In this document: positions 1-15,721 of the stretch, piece after piece
Numbering within the stretch: position 1 is the first letter of the stretch
Layout of the letters: each line of letters begins with the position of its first letter
Assembly: GCA_964016885.1 (NCBI GenBank)
Contig: OZ024743.1
Span: forward strand, 28,768,001 to 28,832,000
Length of the DNA: 64,000 nt
Direction of reading: 5' to 3'
DNA from: Eledone cirrhosa
Lineage: Eukaryota
Translations under genes and position numbers: made by a program
The notes under the pieces: generated by a model
The model's database searches: none
What the model saw: the letters and a program-made list of their open reading frames with translations, nothing else
What the model was told of the DNA's origin: nothing

Positions 1-2260
1 CCTCGTCGGATATCGGTGAAACAGTTAGGCCATTAATAAAAATGTTGCTAGATGGAGTTGTAATTTTCCCCGCTTTACAATCATATATGAACATTTATCT
101 TGGCCAAAATCCATTCTTATATCCTTTGAGAATGTTGTAACCAGGTCAAGTTTTTTCTTCATCCCATTTATGTTCTTAGCATAGATTTTCAGATCAACGA
201 CAAAGAAATGATGGGTTAAGTTCGTTTTTCTGTCCTCCTGTGAGCCAATGATGCATCCTTCACATCTCTTGAGCAGAAAGAATAAGGGGTTTAATGACAA
301 GATAAATAGTAGCACACATCGACTGTCTCCTAGAAATATACCCCTGTGATATTCTATTTTATCAGTGAAAATAGAGTCCACCTTAGGATAGTAGCCCAAG
401 AAGAAGACAACTTCTCTATGGCTCTGATAATAATGCCTGGGACTTTAGCAAGTCGAAGGGCCTCTATCATCCAAGATTAGGAAACAAAATTAAATGCTTT
501 CCTGTAGTCCAGCCAGACTGTAGCTATATTCCTCCTAAGCTGTCGCACCTCCGACAGTTGTTCAGTACACACCCAAACACCTTTCTTACCAACTGCCTGT
601 TCATCTGTGATGAATGATATTTTCACAGTAATTTTGGAGAAATAGGTTCAGGCAGGCTGTCTACATCTTATACATCAGGTTCTGACATACAATGGGTCGG
701 TAACCTTTTACCAAGTGGATGTCTTTGTTCTTGGGGACCTGTACTGTTTGTGTTAATGCCAATCATTCTAGTATATGAGAGTTTGTTGATAGAGGTCGAT
801 AAGATACATCTGACAGAATATCAGGTTTTTTTTGTACCAGTAGCCGACAACTCGCTTCCTGGTGTTTACTTCCTATTTCAGTCTCAAGCGGATTCTCATT
901 TTCCTCATTTATTTCGTATGTATTTGTTGTAGAGTGGGAGCAATAGTTCTTTTAGATTTCTTTTAGCCACACTGCATCTTCGTTTATATTCTTTTCATCC
1001 CATATTTTCCTCCAGAAGGAATTTGTCTTTCTGGGATGGGGCCTCAGTGACATTTATTATTTTACCCTTCATATCTCTATAGACTGATTTTTGGTTTCGT
1101 CTAAATCTTTTATTAATTATTTTCTTTCATCTACCCTCCTATTCTGGTATCGACGTTTCTCGCTAACAGCTCTCAATTCTTGTTTGAGGGTGATCAGCTT
1201 ATATTGAAGAATTCTGGTTGTACTGTCACCAAATATCGTTTCTATTTTATTTTTCAGTCTTTGTTGGTGAGTTTTTTTATTTTTGTTTTCAAGTAAGGAG
1301 CATTGTCACATATTCAATAGTTTTTCGTAGGTTAGCAATCATTTTTTCTATTTTAGTTATATATGATGATATTTTTGGTGGTATTTTGTTCTTGTTAATA
1401 TCTCTGCTATCACCAAGATAATGCTTCACTGCCGTTGCTAGGGTATATAAATTTGCCAATTCGTTGTAAATATTCATCCCCTATTTCGTCAATAGCACTT
1501 AAGATTTCATTATTTGGTTTTATTTTATCTAGTATTGTTGTTTTATTACGTTCAGCAAGAGAAATGTTTCTACATGAATTAATTTCTCTCAGGAAGATTT
1601 CGTTGAGAGAAAATTGTTTATACTTTTGACTATTATTATCAATAGTGTTTTCTACAACAGTCGAGGCAGACTGAGATGACACACGTGATGTCAAATTTCT
1701 TACCGGCATAGTTTCAAAGGTCTGTTCAACCTGGTTGCTAGAAAATCTAGTAGCATGGCGACCTGTGGCACGTGTTGTTGATTGCATGTTTGTTCAGGGG
1801 GACTTACAATTAACAATATTTATCTTAATTTTACGTTCGACAAACGTCGTTTGTTGGCGTAATTGTTTGGCTGTGATTTAGCTCTCGATCTATTTCGTCC
1901 CAGCCTATCTTCATTCTGTTCATATAGCCAACGGGATTTTGTTGTCATTTCGTAACAATTAAATAAATCAAGTTCGTAACTCCAAAAGAAATGTGATTTA
2001 TAATTTCGGTTTCTGCTGTATCTACAACTAAATAAATTTTCTTTACCTTTCTCATTGCTTTTCTTCGGTAAATTGTTCTCGCTGCTTGTGTTCAGTAAAT
2101 TGTTGTTGTTGTATCCGGCCATGCTATTTGTAGCAAATCCTTGTAAAATGAATTATGTATTTAGTTGGATATCTCTACGAATTCGAATAGAAGGTGTATT
2201 CAGTGGATATAGAAAAATATCCAGTTATTCGATATAACTGATATTTGTGGCATTACTGTC
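1..2260 (-). mobile_element. R4/Dong-clade non-LTR retrotransposon, 5' part, degenerate and cut by the window edge
   Basis: ORF 25-399 has RT motifs GIFLGDS..LFILSLNPL and THHFFVVDLKIYA (degenerate QGD and FxDD). Upstream pieces are broken ORFs. The 5' end abuts a TATG/CATA remnant at about 2262-2281. Confidence 0.8.
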
Positions 2261-2401
2261 TATGTTATGTAAGTATGTATGGTTCCGTAACTCTCGAGGG
2301 AGTTGTAGGGGCGCCGTATTGACATACGCGGTTTCTAAGCCAGTTTTGAAAACTGGCAGAGCTCATCTCCTCTCCAGGTCTGAATACAGCAGATTTCTTC
2401 C

Positions 2402-2537
2402 AGGTACTTTTTTTAATCGACCTTGAATGGGTGAAAAGCAAAGTTGACCTCGGTGGGGTTTGAACTCAGAGGATAGCCGAAACGAACGCCGCGAAGCATT
2501 CTATCCAACGTTCTAACAACTCTGCCAATTCGCCGCA
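2402..2537 (-). mobile_element. tRNA-derived SINE, family A
   Basis: Reverse complement has B-box GAGTTCAAA and a body matching the copy at 55858-56043. Confidence 0.75.
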
Positions 2538-2624
2538 CAATTGAGGCAACAGATGTAAAATCTTCGTATTTTATTTTCCGACTCAATCATACATCTATTT
2601 TCTAGCAACAACAATATAATGCTT

Positions 2625-2812
2625 TCTATTTTAGGCAGAAGGTCCGTTATTTGGGGGAGGGGAAAGTCGATTAAATCGATTCCCAGTACATTACGTAAGG
2701 ATGAAAGGCAAAGATAACCTCGGCGGGATTTTAACTGAGAACGTATAAATGGTCAAACCTCTGCGACAGAGCATGGTGCCTGATGCTCTGCCGATTCTGC
2801 CAATCCACCGCT
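2625..2812 (-). mobile_element. tRNA-derived SINE, family A
   Basis: aaggatgaaaggcaaagataacctcggcgggattt matches the family A body. Confidence 0.7.
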
Positions 2813-3374
2813 TTTCAACAATATAATATAATATAATATAATAATCTTTTGAAAAAAAAGGAATAGTAGAGCAACTGTGTTTTATATCAATTTACTTTAT
2901 TTTTGAAAAAAGTATATATTTCAAGTGAACATATTTAGGATCTTCCCCTTCTTAACATCTTCTGGCACATTTCTTCCTCCTCCTCCTCTTACATTTCCTT
3001 CTACATATTTTCGGTGAGATGAATTTATACTTTGTTGTTCCACAGCAGTTACAGCATGATTTTAGGGCGCATGTCCCATTCCGTAATATCACCAATCTGT
3101 CAATATATGTTACAATAAACGTCAAAAAAGAACAGACAGTGGACTATTTTTATTGGCAATGTTGTAATATATGTATATATAATACTAGGTATAAATCGAA
3201 GTAGTAGCCGCAGTATAGCAGTTACCAATCGAATTGTTTCAGGCAGAAACAAAGCACTCGACGGTGTGAAAAGTTAATACATTTTAATCCAGAGTAAACA
3301 AAAGGTTGAGAAAGTGTGACACCAACAATAAAGCGTCCAAATATATGTGGACATAATACCACAGTATCGATAAA

Positions 3375-3832
<458 letters not shown>

Positions 3833-3839
3833 ATTAACA

Positions 3840-5330
3840 CACTAAAATACTGCCAACAGCAACACACACATTCGACGGCTATCGCCCTGCTTGAATCAAA
3901 CATAACCTCCAACAATGCTTGAAGACCATCATCAATAACCAAAGAACAGCTGAAGAGAAGTGGGCCATTGAGAAAATCAAACTCAATCTCAAAGTGTTGT
4001 TTTCATTTGCGAAAAAACACAAGGTCACTGTCTCCACTGTTGGCTCCTCTAATTGATAATGCCAAGACCATGGGCGAGATACTGCAGAAACAATACTGCT
4101 CTGTTTTCAGCAATCTTGATATGGCCGATCTGAGCTGTATCAGTGATGTTAATCCCCAACACACTATATCGAACATAACGTTTGGCGCCTCTGAATGGTG
4201 TCGACACCAACTTACATTTGCACTTGCTAATCTGTGGAGGAATTCATTGGATACAGGCTATATTCCTGAAAACCTTCTGTCCCAGTCTGTTGTCCCAGTT
4301 TTCAGAACTGGAAATAAGTCCCTTGCAGTGAACTACCGTCCGATACATCAAGGTATTTGAGAGGGTGGTGAGATCACGAATAACCCACTTTCTCAAAAGC
4401 AACGGGCTGCTGAACTCCAACCAGCATGGGTTCCGTAATGGAAGGGACTGCGTAACGCAGCTCCTCTATCACTCTGACGATGATATGAGAGCATTCAGAG
4501 AGGGCTCCAACACTGATGTCATCTACCTTTATTTCAGCAATGCCTTTGACAGGGCTGATCATAAGATTCTACTGAAAAACTATCCAATATTGGTGTCTCT
4601 TAGAAAGTTACTACAGTGAATCAAATGTTTCCTGACAGACAGAACCCACCATGTAGTCGAAGGAGGAAAATGAAGCCCAGCCAAAGTCAGAAGTGGCGTC
4701 CCACAAGCCACTGTGTTGGGCCCACTTCTTTTCATCATCTACATTAATGACATTACTGACATCATCCACAACAACATAAGGGTCATCAATGAGATTGGTG
4801 ACCGGACTTGCCTTCAGTCAGACCTACTGGCTGTCATCCAATGGGCAGAAAAGAACAATATGCTGTTGAATGAGGAAAAGTTTGAGTTAATCCACTTTGG
4901 AAAAAAGGATGCCCTGAAACTACCATACTCTCTTCCTTCAGGTGAAAGTCTCGTGGCCCGCAGAATATGTTCCTGGTTTCTCAGAACCTTCCAGTCGAGA
5001 GATATCCACACTGTTATCCTTCTCTTTTCCACTTTTGCCCGACACCACCTTGAATACTGTTGTCCACTGTGGTCTCCCCACACGAAATAAAGTATCATGA
5101 AAGTTAAAGTACCCCAAAGATCGATTACAAATGACTATTGGAGTCGATTATTAAAGCTCAACCTTTATTTTTTCCAACGTCACCGTGAGCGCTACATTAT
5201 CTGCATAATGTGGAAAATATTCCATCATGGTCCCCAAATCCTGATTTGAAAGACTTCGCCAGGTGGTGCTAAAGTTATAGATGGCCTGGGTCAATGCTGG
5301 CCGAAACGTATCAAATTTATCATAGTTATA
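3840..5330 (+). mobile_element. CR1-group LINE RT region, frameshifted
   Basis: Motifs VPVFRTGNKSLAVNYRPI, QHGFRNGRDCVTQLL, SGVPQ..VLGPLLFIIYIND and HLEYCCPLWSP across broken ORFs. Confidence 0.85.
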
Positions 5331-5544
5331 TAAATAAATATATATATATATATATAATATATATATATATATTATATATATATATATAATATATATATAT
5401 ATAATATATATATATATATATTATATATATATAATATACATTATATATATATATATACATTATATATATATATTATATATATACATTATATATATACATT
5501 ATATATATATTATATTATTATATATATATATATAAATAAAATAA

Positions 5545-5615
5545 AAATGGTGTAGACATTACAATACAATAGGAGGGAACTTAATAACAGTACCACTGAT
5601 GAGAACTTTGATAGA

Positions 5616-5662
<47 letters not shown>

Positions 5663-5826
5663 ATTATTTTTAACCGTTGGTCAATCAATGATAAACGTTG
5701 ATTGCCAAATAAATTAACTATGGAGATATAAAACATACAGAAGCGAAAACCAACCAAACAGTGAGTGTGTTCTGTTATTATTTCTGGCAATATTATTACA
5801 ATATGACTCTCCCCAAGTATAACAAT
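5545..5826 (+). mobile_element. PLE pseudo-LTR relic split by (TA)n
   Basis: CTGATGA-GAACT..AGT at about 5596 is cut by the TA tract. The 3' end atgactctccccaagtataacaata resembles atgaccctcccaaagcataacaata of the PLE at about 46670. Confidence 0.45.
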
Positions 5827-5904
5827 AAATATATATAAATAAATATATATATTTATTTATATATATATATATTTTTATATATTTATATATATTTATATGT
5901 TATA

Positions 5905-6128
5905 TATGATAGAACGATCGACTTTCGTCAAATCGGACCGAGGGAACAATGTTTCCGTTGGTCTTTCCAATTGCTAATACTATCTATCGGTCGCAACTCC
6001 CGGTAGAAGGAGCAACGTGAAATAAAGTGTCTTGCTCAAGGACATAACGCACCGCCTGGTCCAGGAATAGAACTCACAACCTTACGATTGCGAATCCAAT
6101 TCTCTAACCACTCAACCACACGCCTTCT
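5905..6128 (-). mobile_element. tRNA-derived SINE, family B
   Basis: Reverse complement has A-box TGGTTGAGTGG, B-box GAGTTCTATTCC, then gtccttgagcaagacacttt. Second copy at 57410-57590. Confidence 0.8.
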
Positions 6129-6589
6129 AAATATATATGTATATATATATATATATACATATATATTCATACATACACACACACACATATATATGGAAGG
6201 TAATATCCGTAGTGGTAGAGCACTCAGTCCATGGGACGTGTTAGGTAGACGTGGTTACACAACAGTTAGTTCACCATACAATTCTTTCACCTTAGTGGAT
6301 CCTCAGCTCGGAATGGGCATGGTTATAGGAACAGGAAGGACAACCGTACGAACGCGCATGCGCGGCAACCCGGTCACTTCACACAGGCAATACTAGACTG
6401 CGTGCTATATGCATGGTATAGCAAGCGAAATCGGACACTGGAATAGTACCTTTATTTCCCTCGGCTAAAGAGATATTAATCTCGAAATATCAGGGCATAT
6501 GAATAAATTAAGGTAAATAAACAACCCATGTTTCTTACGATATAATTATTTTCCGTCCAAACCCGCATTATTGTGGCTTTCAAACTTCG

Positions 6590-6754
6590 TGTGTGTGTGT
6601 GATTTGTGTGTGTGTACGTGTGTGTATGTGTGTGTACGTTTGTGTGTGTGTGTGTACGTTTGTGTGTGTGTGTGTGTACATTTGTGTGTGTGTACGTTTG
6701 TGTGTGTACGTGTGTGTGTGTGCGTGTACGTTTGTGTGTACGTTTGTGTGTACG

Positions 6755-6795
<41 letters not shown>
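6590..6795. repeat. (TG)n with interspersed TACGTT units
   Basis: Direct reading. Confidence 0.9.
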
Positions 6796-6798
<3 letters not shown>

Positions 6799-7009
6799 AC
6801 TTACAATAAATATAAATATAAATAAAAAATTCTTCATAAAGATATTAAAGAGTTCGTTCTCGTACGCAATTCTGGGTACCACAACGGGCGTACGTACATA
6901 CGTACATACATACATGTGTGTGTGTGTCATACATACATGTGTCATACATACATGTGTTTGTGTGTGTGTAAGGTGCGGTGTGTGTATGAGTGTGCGCGCG
7001 TGTCTTTCT

Positions 7010-7600
7010 GTGTGTTGAAGCGATTGCTCATGACCATCTTTTTGTCCGTCACCATAGAAACCTTCTCAGGTTAGGGTTCTCTTTGTCTGCCCCCTCTTTT
7101 AACCGTTTGTAGACAGAGTCGTACAAAGCAAGCTTTTATATTTTCATTGTTGCAGGTTGTAATTCCTGTCGGCCAGAATATTTGGCGACATTCTGCATGA
7201 CCAGGCTTTTGGTTTGTGTTCTGTGTATGTGATGTAAAGTTATCTTCTGGAGCACAAACGCCTGGATTCTTCGTGTTGGCGGCATATATGCATCTTTTGC
7301 TCTTATACAGATGGATCGAATATTGTAGTTCGATAAACTGCTTCTTTTATATGACATTAAGCTTCCCCATAGCAGGTGAAGCATGGCCGGCCGGCCAGCC
7401 ATCAATTTAGAACCTAAGTACTTAATGCCATGAACAACTTCGTGTTTCTTCTTTCAACAGGAAGCTAGTTGTTGCATTTGCATTTATCTTTGACCAGAAA
7501 CTTGCAGTTTTTTTAACGTCTCTTAATTCTCTACTCTCCTGGTGCGTTTATTATTCTGGTGGTGAGATTCCAGTTCTGCTTCACTGACTTCTAGTAAGAA
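7010..7600 (-). mobile_element. Highly degenerate RTE-like LINE 3' fragment
   Basis: Only weak resemblance of translated pieces to the RTE post-RT region. Confidence 0.35.
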
Positions 7601-8365
7601 AGATCGTCCTTATGGAAATAGAGGTTAAGAAGATAGGGGTTGATGACCATAGTGAAATGTGCCTGTGTCGTACCATAGATACGATCGACTCGCATATTGT
7701 GAAACTGGGTCGATCGAAATTGTTCGGAAGAACGTCGGATGGACGATAATTCAAAGAGTCAGCTTTCACAGTCTCTCTTTCTCTCTCACTCTCTCACTCT
7801 CTCACCCTCTCTCTCTCTCTGAGAGAGTCTTTACTAAAATAAAATGAGCCAATTTTCATTTTCTTTTTTTTTTTGCAAATATGCGTTTTTAATTCGATTT
7901 GAATGACGTCTGATTAGTAATAACGGAGATTCCCGTTCAACTTCATCGTTCTGATGAAATCACCTCGTTCTGATGAAATCACCTCGATGATATTTTTACT
8001 TTTATTTTTCCTTCTTGCTCATTTTTTTAACTTTAGTTTATATTTTTATCGTTCTGGGTTTAAATCCTTGAACTTGATTAAATGACCAGCTTTCCTCTGT
8101 AGAAATATTAAGACATATGGTCATAACATTTCTTTCACTATCACTATCACTGCAGTCATAATCATAAAGCTGATTAAGGATCGGCCATGGGTTATTTACG
8201 ACCGAATGTGTACTGACACAATTTGACACAATTTAAAACTGTTGTATTACATTTAGAATAAGTTATCAGATGTAAAATATAAGGTTCACATAAATTATCA
8301 GACCTGGGAAAATATTTAACTCTAAAGCTCCATTGAAAATTATAAATTCTTATGAGTGTGTGTGC

Positions 8366-8477
<112 letters not shown>

Positions 8478-8509
8478 ACACGGGTGTGTATGATTGTGTA
8501 TAGAAGATT

Positions 8510-8736
8510 ATATTAATAAGAGGAATTCCAACTTTGATTTACAGTTGAAAATTGTAAACTTGATTGTCACCACACATTATGAACCTGAAGATTGTGAAAT
8601 CATGAAAGTACTTGTTCAATTAACACTTAACATTTAATATTCTATCATACTATTTCATTATAATACCATTATAAATTTTAAAGGATTGTAAATAAAACGA
8701 GTAAATCAGACAAAGTTGGAATTCCTCCTATTAATA
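8510..8736 (+). mobile_element. Non-coding PLE-type mini module with inverted ends
   Basis: attaataagaggaattccaactttg..atttac is inverted at 8701-8736, with an internal HHR and (TA)n on the right. Confidence 0.7.
8580..8618 (+). ncRNA. Minimal type I hammerhead ribozyme
   Basis: TGAAC-CTGAAGA-ttgtgaaatcat-GAAA-GTAC-TT-GTTCA, with 5-bp stem I and palindromic stem III. Confidence 0.75.
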
Positions 8737-8746
8737 TATATATATT

Positions 8747-8777
<31 letters not shown>

Positions 8778-8836
8778 TTATATATATATATATTTATATA
8801 TATATTTATATATATATATATATTTATATATATATT

Positions 8837-8918
<82 letters not shown>

Positions 8919-8934
8919 TATATATATATATATT

Positions 8935-8995
<61 letters not shown>

Positions 8996-9133
8996 ATATA
9001 TATATTTGTATATATATTATATGTATTGAAAATTATAAATTATGTGTCTGTGCGTATATATATATATATATATATATATGTAAAAAAAGTGGAGAATAAC
9101 ATGGTCAACAGTACAAAAAAGGAGATTTATTTA

Positions 9134-9240
9134 CAGTCTAACAATTGTTTCACTGATAGAGTTGTCTAAATATTGCTAAACACAAAGTAGTGCCACTCAA
9201 TTTAAAATACATGTTATCTCCATCATATCCTCAGAGACTG
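9134..9240 (-). ncRNA. Type I hammerhead ribozyme with 76-nt stem II region
   Basis: CAGTCT-CTGAGGA-taTGATGGAG...CTCTATCAgt-GAAAC-AATT-GTT-AGACTG, with perfect 6-bp stem I. Confidence 0.75.
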
Positions 9241-9844
9241 AAAGAAAATATAGATATATGCGTAACGGCAAATTTACAAATTCAAATTACCACATCAATA
9301 ATAATATTATTAATAATAAAGATATAAAGAGAAAAAAAAGGAAGTAAATATAGAAAGGAAGGGAAGAAGAAAGAAGAGAAAATATAAATATATGCGTAAC
9401 CGGTAAATTTACAGATTCAAATTAACACATCAATAATAATATTAATAATAAAGAGAGAGAAAAAAATAGATATAGTAAAGATAGAAAGGAAGGGAAGAAG
9501 AAAGACGAAGAAGGAAAAAGAAAAAGAGATAGAGAAAGACAAAGGAAAAAGAAAAAGAGATATCTTGTTATCCTCTATATATATATATATATTATATATA
9601 TGTATATATGTATATATCAAAGGCATGTATTGAGTTAGAAACTCAAAATAGTCTCATTACAATAAATTAGCTCTAGGAAAGAGGTTTTACGGAGCCGTAT
9701 ATTATAACTGTAGTTAGTATTCTTTTCACCTTAGCGAATCTGGTCCATAACCATTTGCACACATATATGTATATGTCTGTGTTCGTTTTTCTTTTTTGTT
9801 CAGTTATATATATGTATATATGTATATATGTATATATGTATATA

Positions 9845-9917
<73 letters not shown>

Positions 9918-10203
9918 GCACAGATACACAAGAATTTATAATTTTCAATGGAGCTTTAGAGTTAAACATTTTCGCAGGTCTGATAATTTATGTGAACCTT
10001 ATATTTTACATCTGTAATACAACAGTGTTAAATTGTGTCAAATTGTGTCAAATTGTGTCAGTACACATTCGGTCGTGAATAACCCATGGCCGGTCCTTAA
10101 TCAGCTTTATGATTATTACTGCTGTCATAGTGAAAGAAATGTTATGACCATAAGTCTTAAATATTACTACGGAGGAAAGCTGGTCATGTATATATATATA
10201 TTC

Positions 10204-10251
<48 letters not shown>

Positions 10252-10337
10252 CACACATAGAATATACATGACCAGCTTTCCGCCGTAGTAATTCTTGGAC
10301 TTTTCCGACGGAATTACTTCATTTACACACACACATA

Positions 10338-10428
<91 letters not shown>

Positions 10429-10489
10429 GAAGTAGTTCCGTCGGAAAAGTCCAAGAAAAAAGAGTGCTCTATGTAGGTAACAGAGCTTA

Positions 10490-10750
10490 ATAGTTATGTA
10501 ATAAACAACATAAGGCAATTATTCCATTTGCCAGTGGTTTCTTAAAACCAAAAAATGTTGCTTTCAATCATCAGAATGAAAAGGTCCTGGTCTATTTACT
10601 GATATTGGATTCTAAAAACCTGTTTTAGAATCCAATATCAGTAAATAGACCAGGACCTTTTCATTCTGATGATTGAAAGCAACATTTTTTGGTTTTAAGA
10701 AACCACTGGCAAATGGAATAATTGCCTTATGTTGTTTATTACATAACTAT
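10490..10750. repeat. Near-perfect palindrome, 128-bp arms, 5-nt loop
   Basis: Arms 10490-10617 and 10623-10750, loop ACCTG. Confidence 0.95.
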
Positions 10751-10879
10751 ATATATATATATATATAGATATATATATATATATATATATATAGTTAATA
10801 TATATCATATGTATATACATACATATATATATATATATATATACACATGCGTGTGAATGTGTCAATGCGTGTTTGTACG

Positions 10880-10933
<54 letters not shown>

Positions 10934-11294
10934 TGCGTGCGTGCGTGTGTGTTTGTGAGTATGTGTTTGTATGTGTTATCGACGATCTATCTCACAAGTC
11001 TCTTTCGGTTGCCAATTCCATCGGTATTGCCCATAGCATAGATAAGGCATATACAGTTTTGCATCAATGTCCTTGATAAAATAACCCGCCTCGTCCGACG
11101 TTCTAACAATTCCGACGATCAACGGCGCTGAGACAGGATCAAAGGCAATGGGGACCTCGGTGGCGTTTGACCTCCTCAGACCACAGAGACCAAATGCGAT
11201 CGATAAAATAAAATACCAGTAATGCACTGGAGTCGATTTAATCCCCTTTAAATTGCTGGCCTTGTGCCTAAAGCAGAAATCATTATTATATATT

Positions 11295-11480
11295 CTAATT
11301 GGCAGTATCGCTAGAGGGTCGGACGCCATGTTTTGCAGCAAAGAGTTACGGCCATTTATGGTCTGAGTTCAAATCCCGCCGAGGTTAACTGTGCCTTTCA
11401 TCCTTACGAGGTCGATAAAATATAGTACCAGTAATGTACTGTGTAATTGCTGGCCTTGTGCCAAAATTAGAAACAATTAT
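11295..11480 (+). mobile_element. tRNA-derived SINE, family A
   Basis: A-box tggcagtatcg, B-box gagttcaaatcc, and the family body. Confidence 0.85.
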
Positions 11481-11481
11481 T

Positions 11482-12121
11482 ATCCATATATCTAAAACAG
11501 AGAATGTATGGCCGTCTGTCTGTCTGACTCCCTAAAACTCGAGAATCACCCAACCGATTCTTTTCAAACTTTACACATGTAATACATGGTTCTGTGAGTG
11601 TTTTGAGCAAAACAAATTTCAAATTTTCAATGAACTAGGGACCGCATTAGGCGATTTAGCGATCTCTCTATAATTCTTAGTCTTTCTTTTTAGATAGATA
11701 CATAGATATAACGTTGCGTCGTTATAATATCTGTATGTATGTCTGGCTGTCTATATAACGACATTATTGTTTCTAGTTTTTGGCACAAGGCCAGCAAATA
11801 CTTTATGACGTTATATGTGTGTGTGTATATGTATATATAGTTTGTGTGTATATATATATAGTGTGTAACGTTTTTCTAAATATTTACTTCTGCGTTCACA
11901 GATTGATTTTTTTTGTTTCAGAAGATCCCGTTAAGGGTGGAAGCAGGGATTCTTTGCTTAAACTTGAATCTTATTTATATATTCGTGTACAGATGTTTTT
12001 GCATACACAATAACAAAATATAAACAAACATTTATTTCACGAGGCTCGATAAAGATAAATATATAGCAAATATATAAGAACCCTAGAGAAAATCCCGAGC
12101 AACGCCGGGCCAGTCTGCTAG
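11482..12121 (+). mobile_element. Non-autonomous Helitron-like element with nested fragments
   Basis: Starts near a-TC with gtct repeats and ends cccgagcaacgccggg hairpin + CTAG|t. Related to 42785-43717. Confidence 0.7.
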
Positions 12122-12539
12122 TATATTCTAAACGGGCGATGGATTGGATAAGTCGGTAGAGCGTCAGGTAAATATTTGTTCTGGCTCAATGTGTTTTCAA
12201 TTCAAATCCCGCCATGCCTTTCATCCTGAGGACAATAAAATAAATTACCAGTGAAATAATCGTCGACTGCACCCCTGACTGCACCCCTTCCCAAAACAAA
12301 AAGAAAAACATTACTTATATTGCCTTTCAGAAGACAGACATCCTAATTTGATTTCTGGTGGTGTTTGGTGGTTTATTTTGTTGTGTTAGTGTTGGTTTTG
12401 TTTTATAGTATTACAATATGTATGAAGTGTATTATATTTCAACATTCAGTTATATGTGGTTTATAAGTGGTTTTCGGCACCTACATGTTACATAACTGCA
12501 CCGAGGACCTACCTATAGGATATATATACGCACACATAT

Positions 12540-12604
12540 ATAAATACATACATACATTACATACATACATTACATACATACATTACATACATTACATACA
12601 TACA

Positions 12605-12635
<31 letters not shown>

Positions 12636-12663
12636 CATTACATACATACATTACATACATGCA

Positions 12664-12694
<31 letters not shown>

Positions 12695-14432
12695 CATTAC
12701 ATACATACATTACATACATACATTACATACATTACATACATACATAAATTACATACATACATACATTACATACAAACATACATTACATACAAACATACAT
12801 TACATACATACATACATTACATACAAACATACATTACATACAAACATACATTACATACTTACATACATTACATACATACATACATACATACATTACATAC
12901 ATTACATACATACATACATTACATACATACATTACATACATACAATACATACATACATTACATACTATACATACATACATACATACAAACATTACATACA
13001 TACATTACATACATTACATACATACATTAAATACATTACATACATACATTACATACATACATTACATACATTACATACATACATTACATACATACATACA
13101 TTACATACATTACATACATATATACATTACATACATATATACATTACATACATATATACATTACATATATTATATGCATTCATTACATACATACATTACG
13201 TACATACATTACATACATTACATACATATATTATATACATACATTACATACATTACATACATACAATACATACATTACATACATATATTACATACATTAC
13301 ATACATTGCATACATACATTACATACATTACATACATACATTACATACATTACATACATACATTACATACATACATTAGATACATACATTAGATACATAC
13401 ATTAGATACATACATTACATACATACATTACATACATACATTACATACATACATTACATACATTGCATACATTACATACATACATACATACATACATTAC
13501 ATACATACATACATTACATAAATTACATACATTACATATACATTACATACATACATACATTTACAAACATACATTACATACTTACATTACATACATACAT
13601 ACATACATTACATACATTACATACATTACATACATACATACATACATTACATACATACATACATTACATACATACATTACATACATACAAACATACATTA
13701 CATACATACATTACATACAATACATACATACGTACATACATTATATACATACATTACATACATTACATACATACATACATTACATACAAACATACATTAC
13801 ATACATACATTACATACAATACATACATACATACATACATTACATACATACAATACATACATACATTACATACATACATTACATACATACATTACATACA
13901 TACATGCATTATATACATTACATACATATATACATTACATACATATATACATTACATATATTATATACATATATTATATACACACGTTACATACATTACA
14001 TACATACATACATTACATAGATACATACATACATTACATACATTACATACAAACATACATTACATACATACATTACATACATACATACATACATACATTA
14101 TATACATACATTACATACAATACATACATACATACATACATAACATACATACATCACATACATTACATACATACATATATTACATACATACATACATTAC
14201 ATACAAACATACATTACATACAAACATACATTACATACTTACATTACATACATACATACATACATTACATACATACATACATTACATACATACATACATT
14301 ACATACATTACATACATACATTACATACAATACATACATACATACATACATACATTACCAAACATACATTACATACAAACATACATTACATACAAACATA
14401 CGTTACATACAAACATACATTACATACTTACA

Positions 14433-14463
<31 letters not shown>

Positions 14464-14604
14464 CATACATTACATACATTACATACATACATAGATTACA
14501 TACATACAGTACATACATACATTACATACATACATACAACATACATTACATACATACATTACATACAATACATACATACATACATACATACATACATACA
14601 TACA

Positions 14605-14637
<33 letters not shown>

Positions 14638-15609
14638 TACATACATTACATACATATATACATTACATACATATATACATTACATACATATATACACTAC
14701 ATACATATATACAATACATATATTATATACATACATTATATGCATTCATTGCATACATACATTACGTACATACATTACATACATTAAATAAATATATTAT
14801 ATACTTACATTACATACATTACATACATACATACATTACATACATACATACATTACATACATTACATACATATATTACATACATACATACATACATTACA
14901 TACATTACATACATACATACAATATATACATACATTACATACATACATACATACATACATTACATACATACATTACATACATACATTACATACATACATT
15001 ACATACATACATTACATACATACATTACATACATTACATACATACATTACATACATACATTACATACATTACATACATTACATATTACATTACATACATA
15101 CATACATTACATACAAACATACATTACATACTTACATTACATACATACATACATACATACATTACATACATACATACATACATACATTACATACATACAT
15201 ACATACTTACATTACATACATTACATACATACATACAAACATACATTACATACATACATACATACAAACATACATTACATACATACATTACATACAATAC
15301 ATACATACATACATACATACATACATACATACATACATTACATACATACATTACATACATTACATACATACATACATTACATACATATATACATTACATA
15401 CATATATACATTACATATATTATATACATACATTATATACATTCATTACATACATACATTACGTACATACATTACATACATTACATACATATATTATATA
15501 CATACATTACATACATTACATACATACATACATTACATACATTACATACATACATACATTACATACATTACATACATACATACATACATTACATACATAC
15601 ATACATACA

Positions 15610-15640
<31 letters not shown>

Positions 15641-15690
15641 CATACATAAATACATACATACATACATACATACATACATACATACATACA

Positions 15691-15721
<31 letters not shown>

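Noticed and set aside
7945-7990. CTGATGA...GAAA hammerhead-like pattern
   Set aside because: Produced by a short tandem duplication, with no valid stem III.
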